A DNA stretch of 64,000 nucleotides from Octopus sinensis (taxonomy: Eukaryota). This document shows positions 13,453-26,296 of this stretch, piece by piece (position 1 is the first letter of the stretch; every line of letters starts with the position of its first letter). The notes below the pieces were generated by a model. That model was not told where the DNA came from. It did not search any database and was given only the letters and a program-made list of their open reading frames with translations. The stretch covers positions 99,448,001 to 99,512,000 of the forward strand of contig NC_043003.1 in assembly GCF_006345805.1 (NCBI RefSeq), in the 5' to 3' direction. Both the position numbers and the translations under genes were made by a program.

Positions 13453-14970
13453 TTAGAGTATGTTTAGTTGTAGTCTGTATTTTTGAATAAGATTACTTTC
13501 CCTATTTATTCGTGTTTGGTCTGTGGTGTCATCCGAGCATTGGTATAGTGGGAAGACTAAGAATTTGGGGTACTTATTGTGTGCACAAAGGTCTAAGTGT
13601 CCACTTAGTGGTATCTGTCTTGTGGAGGGGTCCCTCAGTTGTTGTCGGTGAACTGTCATTCTTTCTCTGAGGGTAAGGCTCGTTTGCCCTATGTAGTCTT
13701 CGTGGCACCCTTCACACCTTATGACGTAGAGTAAATTTTTTGATGCGCACGTGAAATTATTTTTTATGATGAATGTGTGTCCCGACCGGAACTTGTACGT
13801 CGATCCCTCAATGAGGTGGATGCAAGTCCTGCAGTTGGGGCGACCACATTTTTTTATGGTGGGCGGTGGGTTTGTGTTGTGTAATTTTGCGTTGGTGAGG
13901 AGGTTTTTTAGGGATTTAGGTTGTCTCTTACTTTTTATTATTTTATGAGCTGCCAGTAATTTTTTCAGGCGTGGGTCTTGATTTAGTTGTGGAATGTTGT
14001 TGTATATAATAGTGTAAGCTTCTGCATTCCTTGGTTTGTGTGTTGAGAGATAGGGGCGGCTATTTACTGTACTGTGGATGTGTTTAGGTTTTCGTAGGTC
14101 TTGAGTGTTGATTGATTTGGCCCGTTCTATTCCGTTGTCTACTAGTGATGCCGGGTAATGTCTTTCGAGAAGAATTGCCCTTAGTTCCCGGAGTCTTCTA
14201 TTTCGTGTTGTGTCATTTGAGACAATTGTGCAGATTCTTCTCGCTAGGTTGAAGGGGATATTTGTCTTTGTGTGTTTTGGGTGATTAGAGGTGAATAGAA
14301 GGTATTGTTTAGAGTCAGTGGGTTTGTAATGGATGTCAGTTTCAATGTTGACGCCTTTTTTAATGATTAGAATGTCAAGAAAAGGGAGTTGGTCCTGACT
14401 ATATTCCATTGTGAATTGAATGTTGTTATTTACACTGTTGATAAGGTTTTTGAAGTCAGTAAGTTGGTCGAGTGTGTGGGACCATAGGATAAGGCAATCA
14501 TCTAAGTAGCGTTTCCAGTTCTCCAACAGGTATTTGTGGAAAGACTGGCCGTACTTATATTTGGATTTTTCATAGATATGTGATTCCAGGTAGGCCATCA
14601 CCAGGTTTGCATAGATAGGTGCAACTTTCGTACCCATTGCAGTTCCTGAAACCTGTCTGTAAGTGTTGTTATTGAAATTCATGAAGTTGTTTTGCAGAAT
14701 AAATTTGAGGCCCTCAATGATGAATTCTTTTTTTATTCTTTCCGGGATCTCATTGGGATATTTATCCAGCCAGAATTTAATGGCTTCCAGTCCATATTCA
14801 TGTGGGATTGTGGTGTAAAGATTAATTACATCAAAGGAAACGATTAAAGTGTCTTTATCGGTATGTTTGGGGAGATGATTTAATAGGTCCAGGTCATCTC
14901 TTACAATACTTGGAATATGTTTCAGTATTGGTTTTAGGATGATATCTATAAAGTTGCTAAGTCTGTGTGT
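13453..14970 (-). CDS. PLE reverse transcriptase + GIY-YIG endonuclease (open ~505-codon segment, no native start)
   Basis: SFDVINLYTTIPH, GTAMGTKVAPIYANLVM, WKRYLDD, LPFLD, YKPTD..SNHP, CGRPNCRTC linker, LLYVIRCEGC..YIGQT..R...H. Confidence 0.92.
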   Translation of the reverse strand, partial: THRLSNFIDIILKPILKHIPSIVRDDLDLLNHLPKHTDKDTLIVSFDVINLYTTIPHEYGLEAIKFWLDKYPNEIPERIKKEFIIEGLKFILQNNFMNFNNNTYRQVSGTAMGTKVAPIYANLVMAYLESHIYEKSKYKYGQSFHKYLLENWKRYLDDCLILWSHTLDQLTDFKNLINSVNNNIQFTMEYSQDQLPFLDILIIKKGVNIETDIHYKPTDSKQYLLFTSNHPKHTKTNIPFNLARRICTIVSNDTTRNRRLRELRAILLERHYPASLVDNGIERAKSINTQDLRKPKHIHSTVNSRPYLSTHKPRNAEAYTIIYNNIPQLNQDPRLKKLLAAHKIIKSKRQPKSLKNLLTNAKLHNTNPPPTIKKCGRPNCRTCIHLIEGSTYKFRSGHTFIIKNNFTCASKNLLYVIRCEGCHEDYIGQTSLTLRERMTVHRQQLRDPSTRQIPLSGHLDLCAHNKYPKFLVFPLYQCSDDTTDQTRINRESNLIQKYRLQLNIL

Positions 14971-15049
14971 TCACAACTTGGGCCTGCCACTATTGGTCTC
15001 AGTTTGAAATCAGTGGGATGTGGTATAGTGATGCAGGTTGAAGTGGACT

Positions 15050-15620
15050 TTTGCAAGCTTCTGTGATAATTTGACTCTTGTGTATTTTTGGAAGCCCATA
15101 GAGTGTGCTGGTTTTGCAATTAAAGTTTGTAATGTAGTCGCATTCCTTTGCTGTTAAGTCATTCCGGTGTTGGTAAATGAGTGCCTTCAGTTTGGTCATT
15201 GTTTTGGATTGCTGGTAGTCGACTACTCTTTCATAGTATGTGGTATCCTCTAAAAGGAGAGATACAGAGTTTTTATACTGCTCAGTATTCATAACAACGA
15301 CGACCGTACTACCCTTATCAGCTTCCTTTATTGTGACGTCATGATTGTCTCGTAGCGTATGGATGATTTTCCATTCACTTTTACTGGTGTTGGGTTTGGG
15401 TTTAGGTTGTGGGAGTTCACCATAAGGGAAGTTTGAGATGTAATCGCAAAATTTGTCTAAGGTTTTGTTTTTGCCTTTTATGGGATTATAGCTGCTTTTG
15501 TTACGGACCATTGATTCGTCGATATTATTAGTTTCCTTGTCAAAACATTCCTCTGTGAGGCGTAATTTTCTGCAAAAGTGTGAGATGTCATCCTGTATTT
15601 CCCTCAGGTTAGGGTATTGC
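15050..15620 (-). pseudogene. Upstream part of the same PLE ORF, separated by two -1 frameshifts
   Basis: IKEADKGSTVVVVMN, LYGLPKIHK; adding one A near 15050 and one near 14970 restores KLRPIVAGPSCETHRLSNFIDIILKP. Confidence 0.85.
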
Positions 15621-16605
15621 GGAGTTAGGGTGAGTTGGGGTGTATGTAGTGTGTGTGTATGGCCCGCACACACGCGTAGACGCGCGCGCGCGCGGGCGGG
15701 CACGCATATGCGCACACCATCCTACCCCAAAAAATTCTTTAAACAACACACATCTATTTACACCACCCTGGAACCAATCAAAAACAGCCCCCCCACACAC
15801 ACACAGACACTTGTATACGTGTATGTGCACGCACACAGGGATTCACACACTCACACCAATCTCACCTCCATGCAGGCACACATGTATACACACGCAGCAC
15901 CATGTCAAATGCCATCCACACACATACATGCGTACACACGCACACACACACACACAACACCATGACAACCACACACACGTTTGACAAACAGACACCATAT
16001 AACCAAATACTACAGACACACAGACACATCTATTCACACCACATGTATATGTATGCACACACACATACACGCAGAGACACACATATTCACCTCATCCTAA
16101 CCCCAAAATCATTGATGCTTGAAGGAAAGCCAAAAAAAGAAAAAAAACGGGTACATCCTTTTCAATTCCACATTTATGCTAAAACGGACAGGTTAGTAAC
16201 AACCTCGCCACTACATTAATGTAAATCTTTTTGAATTCATAATATTCTGTACTGAATTTTTTTAATAATTCTTCCTGGAAATTACCCTGAGATGTATAAT
16301 ATATTTGTTTTAATCTTTTCTGCCCATTTTTTCAATGAGCTTGTTAAACCTCTTTATATTCCCAACATACTGTTGTACTTTTTTATGTCCCTAACATGTC
16401 CCTGTTTCCAAAGACTGTATATATATATGTAATGTAGCAATTTGCAACAACCAATAATTAACGCAACCAAACTTCCACATGTTACTTTTGATAATCTTTT
16501 TTCAAAGAGTGAAACCGGTAAAGTAAATGAACATCTTTTAAATTGCATTTTCAAACCTTCTTTCGTATATAATTCCACTCGTGCGATGCCCACAACTCAA
16601 CTTTG

Positions 16606-16640
<35 letters not shown>

Positions 16641-16643
16641 GTG

Positions 16644-16674
<31 letters not shown>

Positions 16675-16724
16675 TGTGTGTGTGTGTGTGTGGGTGTGTA
16701 TGTGTATGTATATGTATATATGTA

Positions 16725-16767
<43 letters not shown>

Positions 16768-17540
16768 ATTGAAGTTGACATGGGGTGTGTAATGATACCT
16801 ACATCCGGACATATCACTAGTTGCAGGAGACAGGTTTATATATGTGAGAGTGGGTAAGTATGTAGACACACACGTACACACATACAAGATAGGCTTAAAG
16901 CATGTAACGTGGGACTGCTATAAACTGACCACTCGCCTCAACTACATCATATTTCACTCCTCTCCCCCCACCCCGATAATTAAAATAAATTTACGACGCT
17001 CACCACAGCATCAGAACTTTAACCCATTACTTCTCTGTCTTAATCCTTTTGTCTTTACGACCGCTTTGTATACTTTTGTATCTTTTTATCTTTATCTTAT
17101 TTTATCTTTATTTTTGTTTTTTTATATTTTATTCTTTATTTTTTGTACATTTTACACTTTCACAATACATTTCTAGAATTTATGACCCTATTCCTGACGT
17201 TCTTTATATCTTTATATATTTATATTTTTACATCTTTACCTTTTATTATATTTTATATTTTATCATCTTTTATAATTATATTTATATTTATATATATTTT
17301 ATGTGATCCAAACTTCATTAACGTTTCCTCCCCTTCCCCTCTTTTCTCCTTTTTCTCTTTCTCTTTCTCTCAACATCCAATCCTCCCTTTTTTCCTTCCC
17401 TCACAAGAAGAATGAACCCAACCGGAATCTACCCAGTATTCACTCTATATTGAGTGAGAAAACGATTTTTTGGAGTCTAATAATACCCTGTACACCTATT
17501 TGATTATAAAGATTTACAAACATACTTTCCCAGTGATACT

Positions 17541-17806
17541 CTGTGTGTGTGTGTGTGTGTGCGTGTGTGTGTGTGTGTGTGTGTATGTTTGTGTGTCTGT
17601 GTTTGTCCCCCCAACATCGCTTCACAACCGACGGTGGTGTGTTTATGTCCCCGTAATTTAGCAGTTCGGCAAAAGAACCGATAGAATAAGTACTAGGCTT
17701 ACAAAGAAAACGTCCTGGGGTTGATTTGCTCGATTAAAGGTGGTGCTCCAGCATGACCACAGTCAAATTACTGAAACAAGTAAAAGAGTAAAAAGAGAGT
17801 AAAGAG
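17541..17806 (+). mobile_element. SINE family A, 3' half (partner of 10452-10610)
   Basis: (GT)n, GTCCCCC.. through GTAAAAGAG tail. Confidence 0.88.
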
Positions 17807-18384
17807 TATATATATGTATAGATAGATAGATACCTGTATGTGTGTACACACACATACATTCACACACATCACACGTATATGTACGGAGAGCAAACATACG
17901 TTGACATATAGATAACACACAGAGAGAAACTATCTATATATAGCAACACAAGGTATCGAAGTTTATCAGCCAAACAAAAAGACATACGCCTCCACACAAG
18001 TCTTAAAACGAAATAATCTAATTTAAGCTATTTCCAACGCAGTGATATTTTAAGTTGCATCTCATTTACTCTTGTATCTTCTCTGAAAATCTTACATTTC
18101 GCCTACAAAATTTCTTTTCCAACGAGTTCCATCGTTACTATCCTTCCAAGAATATACTGAAGCTTTTCTTTTGAAGAAATTTGCAATTTTCTGCAAAGTT
18201 ACTCAGTCTTTTATCCAAAATTTACTGTCGTTTTCTTATCTATTTGATATTAGTAAATGTCCGCCAGCCAGTAGTCGTGACATAAGTCTATTTTATTACT
18301 CAATGCGTTTTAGTTTCGGAAAGCCGACAATGAAATTTAAAATAATAACAATGATGATGATACTTATGATAATAACCTACTATA

Positions 18385-19315
18385 GGCACAAGGCCTGAAA
18401 TTTTGGCGGAAGCCCCTAGTCGATTACATCCACCCCAGTGCTCACCTGGTACTTGTTCCATCGACCCCGAAAGGGTGAAAGCAAAATCGAACTCGATGGA
18501 ATTTGAACTTGGAACGTAGAGAGGGATAAAATGTCGCTAAGCTAAAGATTCTGTCAGCTCGCAGCCTCAGCAGCTTCAAATTCTGGCAGAAGGGAGGAGG
18601 TAAGTCGATTATGTCGACCCCAGATTTTGAATGGTTAATATTTTATCAACTCCAAAAGAATTAAAGTCAACCTAAAAAGAATTTGAAATCAGAGTGTAAA
18701 GACGGAGGAAAAGCTGCGAAACATTTTGTGCGGCGTGCTAACAATTCTTTTCTACTCTAGGCACAAGGCCCGAAATTTTGGGGGAGGGGGCCAGTTGATT
18801 AGATAGATCCCAGTACGCAACTGGTACTTAATTTATCGATCCCGAAAGGATGAAAGGCAAAATCGACCTCGGCGGAATTTGAACTCAGAACGTAAAGACA
18901 GAAGAAATACATATTTCTTTACTGCTCACAAGGGGCTACACACAGAGGGGACAAACAAGGACAGACAAACTGATTAAGTCGATTATATCGACCCCAGTGC
19001 GTAACTGGTACTTATTTAATCGACCCCGAAAGGATCAAAGGCAAAGTCGACATCGGCGAAATTTGAACTCGGAACGTAGCGGCAGACGAAATACCTATTT
19101 CTTTACTACCCACAAGGGGCTAAACACAGAAGGGACAAACGATCGGTTTAAGTCGATTACATCGACCCCAGTACGTAACTGGTACTTATTTAATCGACCC
19201 CGAAAGGATGAAAGGTAAAGTCGACCTCGGTTGAATTTGAACTCAGAACGTAGCGGCAGACGAAATACGGTTACGCATTTCGCCCGGCGTGCTAACGTTT
19301 CTGCCAGCTCGCTAC
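18385..19315 (-). mobile_element. Cluster and multimer of SINE family B
   Basis: Five co-oriented cores; 18757-19315 has three cores joined by a repeated linker (AAATAC-TATTTCTTTACT..CACAAGGGGCTA-ACACAGA). Confidence 0.85.
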
Positions 19316-19386
19316 CTTTGAGTGATGACGCTAACAATAATAACGACAAGAACAACAACATGATAATGATGACGATAACGATATAT

Positions 19387-19475
<89 letters not shown>

Positions 19476-19806
19476 AATTTCTGGATGCTGCTGTCTTATG
19501 AAGTTTTCCTATCTTGTCGTTAAAACCACGAAATTGGGAGTAATAAACAGTCCGATAACTGATGAGGAAGTTATCCTCTTTTGGTATTTTGTCCTGCACT
19601 TTTCTCTCGTGTATTTACATATTTTTCACTCGTTGGTGATGTCATATACTCAATGTGCATATACATACATACATACATACATACATACATACATACATAC
19701 ATACATACATACATACATACATAATATATATATATAATATATATATATATATACATACATACATACATATATATATATACATACATATATATATATATAT
19801 TATATA

Positions 19807-19847
<41 letters not shown>

Positions 19848-20159
19848 CATACATATATATATATAATTATATATATATATATATATATAATATATTAATA
19901 AATAAAATAAAACATATGCATATATATAAACATATATGTACGTACCTACCTCTACATGTACATATACACGCATATATGAGTACAGGACACCAAAAAGGAC
20001 GTCGAACACAATGAGAAACGAAAACATAGACACAAACCAAAGGAACTGAACATTTATTTAAAAACAGCAAAAAAATAGAATACAGGACAATTAACACAAA
20101 GAAAAAAAACCCTTCTTCAGTCGCTAAAGCTTTCATCTACTCTACATGGTTTAACCTGA

Positions 20160-20625
20160 TGATAGTGATGTTTGTGCCTGTTTTCATTGTCTTTCTATTG
20201 ATTTATCTTGTGTTGTTGTTATTATATCATTTAGTTTTATTTTCTTTGAGCTGCTAATTCTTTTCATCTTGCGAATTTATTTTTAGAACTATTTCTGCAT
20301 TTAAATTGTTGTCATACTCAAAATTTCCATTTAATATTTTGCTCATTTTCCCTTTTATTCAAATTTTCATTTGTGATGTTCTGGGTTATCTCCTGATTAA
20401 ATTTTGTTGTGTTTCATTAATTTGTTTTCTAGACTAAGTCTATCTTCAGATATCACATTGTCAATCTAATTGAGTTTAATGTTTGTTTTATTCTCGCTTG
20501 TTTCATTTCTTTGCCCTTTGTTTCAATTTTCGATATGGACTCTTTCAAGTATTCTATTTCTACGTCTGATATATTTTAGTTTTGAGAATATTTCTTCTTA
20601 AATTAGCTAGTTACTGTTAGCAGAG
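20160..20625 (-). mobile_element. Decayed R4/Dong-like ORF N-terminal fragment
   Basis: LANLRRNILKTK..SDVEIEYLKESI resembles KLTNVRRNIIKKKLLTEVEIDQIKQAV at 36.3 kb. Confidence 0.45.
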
Positions 20626-20633
20626 ACTCTCTT

Positions 20634-20698
<65 letters not shown>

Positions 20699-21054
20699 GT
20701 TATTAAATGGGAATATTGTGTTATTTTCTTTATATATAGACTCTCATTGTAGAATATGTAAACAGTATAAAAGCGCATTCCTCTCGTCTTCATTCATGCT
20801 TTTTCTGTTTTATCTGAGACTTTTATTTAGTGTTTTCACTTTCATTGGGAGCCACCTTATTTGTTTCTGAGATTGTGCAGTTTCGACGCTCCATTTTCAC
20901 AAATTATTTGCATTAAATACAAAATACGCATTCTTCTTTTTACCTCCTACTTCCACTTTGCTTTCATTCTTTCGAAGGTTGGGAAAATAAAATATCCATG
21001 AAGTTGTAAGATGATCGATATAATCGACTCTGCCCTTTGAATTTATGTGTGTGT

Positions 21055-21270
21055 TTGTCTTTGTGCCATTTTGTCCCACACCATCGCTTGACAGCCGGTG
21101 TTGGTGTATTTACGTCCCTGTAAGATAAGTGGCTCGGCAAAAGAGACCGATAGAATAAGTACCAGGCTCAAAAATATAATTCCTGGGTTCGATTTCTTCG
21201 ACTAAAATAATTCTTCAAGGCGGTGTCCCAGCATGGCCGCAGTCTAACGACTGAAACAAGTAAAAGAAAA
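21055..21270 (+). mobile_element. SINE family A, 3' half
   Basis: CCATCGCTTGACAGCC..GACTGAAACAAGTAAAAGA. Confidence 0.85.
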
Positions 21271-21329
21271 AACAACATAACACTGCATCTAAAATTGAGG
21301 CTAGTAAACTGTTAATTTATGCCAATTGT

Positions 21330-21600
21330 CCTTGGATAATATACACAGCTATGGAGAAAAAGATGGAAACCTTTGAGACGTGAATATTTCACAGATTGAA
21401 TAGGGTAAGCTGGAAAGGAAGGGTAACAAATGCTGCAGTACAAGAAAAGGATGAGAGTCCAACGACAGCTTTTGTTGAGTACACAAAGTTATATTTTGGT
21501 CACTGTCTATGACTAACCGAAAAGGAAGTGTTCGGGGGAAAGAGAGCGGATTGATAGCATCAAAGAATGGACTGGAAACAATAGCTTGGCTGATTGTATG
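21330..21600 (+). mobile_element. RTE-clade LINE C-terminal fragment
   Basis: MEKKMETFET*IFHRLNRVSWKGRVTNAAV and IDSIKEWTG resemble the RTE post-RT region. Confidence 0.6.
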
Positions 21601-21842
21601 GCGACTCTTGGACAGAGGAACGGCAACTGATAAATGAGGATTTTTTTAATTGCCAAGATTTAAAATGGCTTTTAATTCAACAACTAGTTCAGGGTAATTT
21701 CATAACTTTTCAGTTCACATCTACCTCAAAAGCAATCATTTGGTATTTTTTTGAGTCGCTAATCAATATATCCTCCACCTCCTCCTCCTCTTCTTCTTCT
21801 TCGTCCTCCTCGTTGTTGTTGTTATTATTATTATTATTATTA

Positions 21843-21890
<48 letters not shown>

Positions 21891-21934
21891 TATTATTATT
21901 ATTATTATTAGAATAGCTTAGTGGTTAGGATGTT

Positions 21935-22992
21935 TGTTGTAAGGTATTAGTAATAATGGTACATCCCTCCCATGTGACGAATAAAATAACCTAGTTACTA
22001 TAAGTAAAGGGAAGCACGTGAAGTACTAGAGTACATAGTAGGCGTTCAGATTGTTGTGTCTTTACTAGTTTTACTAAGTATACCAAAGTGGGCGTTATAA
22101 CAGTCCAACAGATTAAGTGGCGACGAGGATTTAAACAATTCACGAGGAATTAATAAATTCGACGAGGATAAGCCAATTCATGTGAAGTTAATAGAAACTT
22201 GAAGAGGGGTTAATAAACTCAAAAAGTTGGTGTACGTATTTTAAGAAAAATCGTAAAAGTATCGAAAATTCGTTGGCAGGTTTGATTGAGTTGCAAAACA
22301 GCAACAACAGCTGAAAGAACAACAACAATAGCAGATACACCAGCAAGAGCAACAACATAAGCAGCAACAACAACAAATAATATTACAGCAACAATTACAG
22401 CTGTAATGTAGAAGTCATCAGGAAATTCAGAAAAAAATGTTCTCGCCAGACTATGTTGCGAACTCGATAACAGAGTTCAAATACAAACCTGACGAAGGAG
22501 TTACCTTCGAAGTATACAACAGAAGATATGAGCAACTTTTCGCGAAAGAATGTAAAAATTGGGATAACGAGATGAAAACGTGCTTAATCTCGAGAAAACT
22601 GGCGGCAACAGAACATGGACGATACAGTAATTATGTACAACGAAGAAAACTTTCGGACATAAACTTTTATGACACTATAGATATATTGTGTAAAATTTTC
22701 AGTGAAAATATCTCCTTGTTCAACACACGTTGAAAGTGTCTGAACATAGAGAAAAACAACGATGAGAATTATATCACACATGCTGGTGGGGTAAATAGGG
22801 AATACGAAAAGTTCAAGCTGGACGAATTCACGCCAGATATGTTCAAATGCCTGATTTTTACACGGAAACTAACTGCAGAAAAAGACGCAAAGGTTAGAAC
22901 TAGAATTGTCGCTAAGCTGGAACAAAACCAGGATGTAACCCTACAAGTGTCAGAAGAATGTGACAGAATAGTCAAATGAAGACACGACACTA
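21935..22992 (+). mobile_element. Gypsy (Mag / K02A2.6-like) LTR retrotransposon: 5' LTR, PBS, gag N-terminus
   Basis: TGTTG..AATAAA..ATAACA LTR (21935-22102), TGGCGACGAG PBS-like motif at 22118, gag-like FSPDYVANSITEFKYKPDEGVTFEVYNRRYEQLF..FKCLIF; truncated. Confidence 0.8.
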
Positions 22993-23566
22993 TTTTGGAT
23001 ATATTTGGGGTACCTAGATCTGCTCAGGACTTAGTGCTTGCTTTTTTCATGGGTATGAGTAATTATTTCATTTATGTCTTACGTATTTATCGCTGAGGAG
23101 GGGAAAATTCTTATGAATTAACTCTGAAATTGGGACCAATACGGTAATAACGAAATCTTTAAAAAATTTCTTTCGGCTTGTTTCGAGACGCATAAATTAT
23201 AATGGTTATTGACAATTTTGTCTATTTTCGGCATATTTGGCATTAGAATTTTTCTTTTGCCCTTATTTTATAAGTTATTTATAAATTTAACCTTTAAAGG
23301 TATTTTTTAATATGCTGGCCATTGATAAAAGTTTTTTCGAAAGAATTTTATCCTACATTAGATGTAAATTTAATAGTGTTCACTTCCGGACACTCTCACT
23401 CTGTGAAAGTTTCTAGTTCGAATCACACGTGTCTCGAGATGTGCTGAAGATTTTCTATTTTGGATATATTTGGGGTACTTAGTTCTGCTCAGGACTTAGT
23501 GCTTGCTTTTTCCATGAGTTTGAGTAAGTATTTCATTTATGTGTAGACAGAAACTGAAAGAAATCA

Positions 23567-24045
<479 letters not shown>

Positions 24046-24049
24046 ATAT

Positions 24050-24270
24050 GTAAGTCTATGTATGTGTCTTTGTGTTTCTCCCTCATCACTGCTTCACAAC
24101 TGGTGTTCGTTTATTTACATCCCCATAACTTACTGGTTTCACAAGAAGAAACTGATAGAATACCAGGCTTATCAAAATAAAAAAGCACTAGGCAGTGTCT
24201 CATATTTTTGTTTGCCAACTCAGTTGTATCTATTAATTTATCTTTGTGTATATGTGTGTGAGAGAGTGTG

Positions 24271-24341
<71 letters not shown>

Positions 24342-24591
24342 GGATTTCGTAGACAGGAACTAAAACAAATCAATCGTATATATATGTATATATGTAAGTG
24401 TATGTGTGTGTCTTTGTCTCTGTGTTTCGCCCTCATCACTGCTTCACAACTGCTATCCATTTATTTACATCCATATAACTTACTGGTTTCAAAAGAAAAA
24501 ACTAATAGAATAAGTAGCAGGCTTATCAACATAAAAAAGCGCTAAGCTGTGTCCCATATTTTTGTATGCCCACTAAGTTGTATCTATCAAT

Positions 24592-24600
<9 letters not shown>
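24050..24600 (+). repeat. Two tandem diverged copies of a decayed SINE family A 3' half with flank
   Basis: CCCTCATCACTGCTTCACAACTG..ATAACTTACTGGTTTC..CATATTTTTG occurs at ~24080-24240 and ~24430-24595. Confidence 0.75.
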
Positions 24601-24664
<64 letters not shown>

Positions 24665-24665
<1 letters not shown>

Positions 24666-25970
24666 CACCCTAATGGGGGCCTTAACTCCCATATTTTAGT
24701 CATTTGTTTTATGATCCAAAACTAGGTCAAAAGTACTGAATGGATTTTTACGAAATTTGGAAATTATATTCTATGCATAAGGGCCATAACCCCCATGACA
24801 ATTCATATATTTTTGCTGTTGATGAAATTTTAATCACAGATATTAGACACAAATAAAGTAATATTTATAAAATTTCATCTTCTTATAAGTTAGAAAGACC
24901 CCTCCATGGGGACTTAACACCCACAATTTTGTCATTTTATCTAAGCAAAAACGAATACAGTTGTACTCTTGGAAGCTGTAGGGTTACCAAGGCATCAAAG
25001 GTGAGCATTATTTGTAATTCAATGGTACAACAGTGTAACAGTTTGCTTTGACATACACTTACGTTGTGATTTCTGCAATATGGTACATAAATTGTCAAGT
25101 AAATGAGAGGCATCTTTGCCTCCACTGATTCAGTTGCAAAGTGTTGAGTAAAGTTATTTGATTGCAGACCTCCTTTCAGTCTTTTTATTAGCCTGGGTCA
25201 CAGTCCCCAGATGGTAACATTGATTTCAAGGCCTTCCCAGATGAGTGACTGGTTATTCAAAGACATTTATAGATTGTAAATTTATTCTGTCCAGTTACGT
25301 ATCAGTATAGTGATTATTTGCAAACTCCAGAGGTGACACTTTCATTTCTCCTTACCCCTCACGTCACACAGTTGTTAATGTTTATTTCAGTTGGGTTACG
25401 CCCTTCCAATTGCTATACATTCGTAATGCATCTTACGGCTGTGCCTGTCACCTTGATGGTGAGGAATCCTACATTGGGAGTGGTAACGACTAGGGTAGGG
25501 TAGCTGACTACTTATTGTGATCATTCGTCTTTTGGTTTCCTGTAGCTTTGCTCTTTTACAAACCCAGTGAACATATATTTCCTATTTCAAGGAAATTCAA
25601 ACAATAGATATAAGACCCAAGTTAACAAGATTCTCAACAATTCAACTTCTCTGGTTGACATTAAGATGTTCACCCTTAATAGAGGCCTTAATTCTCATAT
25701 TTTAGAGCTCCATGACCTCCATTTTTCAGGAGCAAAATCCTTTTAACAAGTTCTATAAGACTGGAATTTTGGAATATGCGCATAAAAATCAGTAATATGG
25801 GATACATGTGGCACGATTACAATTTTTTTAGGGTGTGTAAAGAGGGAAATAACCCTCATCTGCAATTTTGATGAAATTTCAAACAGATATTAAAGTTCAT
25901 TACAGAAAATATAACAGAAAAGTCTAATTTTTCAATTGAATGTAACACGGGCAACGCCGGGTATCTCTGT
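24665..25970 (+). mobile_element. Possible non-autonomous Helitron (3' end supported, 5' extent a guess)
   Basis: GC hairpin CACGGGCAACGCCGGG at 25946-25961, followed by a degenerate CTRR-like end. Confidence 0.45.
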
Positions 25971-26074
25971 TTGATCTTTGACTTCTGGCCGAAATCAGAT
26001 CGCCATGTTGATTCGCTAGCCTCTGCACGCATTTTTTTCTCTCCCTGTTTCTTTCTGTGTTTCTTTTCTGTGTA

Positions 26075-26112
26075 TCTTTCTGTTGAAGAGCGTAGGCTCG
26101 AAACGTAAAAGA
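26075..26112 (+). ncRNA. Variant minimal hammerhead motif (A6U, extra A after A9)
   Basis: UCUUU-CUGUUGA-A-GAGC(GUAG)GCUC-GAAA-CG-UA-AAAGA: stem I 5 bp, stem II 4 bp, ACGU palindrome. Confidence 0.6.
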
Positions 26113-26221
26113 CTTGTTTTATTTATATTCCTGAGCGCCATACTAATACAATTGTTTGTTTGTATTCCACCTGCTTTCGTCTTTTGTTTATTTTCATAAA
26201 GCTTCCCGTTATAATATATAT

Positions 26222-26295
<74 letters not shown>

Positions 26296-26296
<1 letters not shown>

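Larger units (their letters stand above)
10620..17541 (-). mobile_element. Penelope-like element (Neptune type): 5'-truncated ORF, long microsatellite-rich terminal repeat and inverted partial copy
   Basis: ORF at 13453-15620; 15640-16570 is a near-identical inverted copy of ~11275-12211; 17464-17541 is an inverted copy of ~10915-10990; flanked by the two halves of one SINE. Confidence 0.88.

Noticed and set aside
20110-20145. GAAAGCTTTA and CTGAAGA on the minus strand
   Set aside because: Motifs are in an order that gives no closed stem II and the element is truncated; at most half a ribozyme.
22489-22515. Hammerhead-like CTGACGAAGGAGTTACCTTCGAAG
   Set aside because: Lies in gag coding sequence (KPDEGVTFEV), has GAAG rather than GAAA, the stem consumes G8/A9, and there is no stem I.
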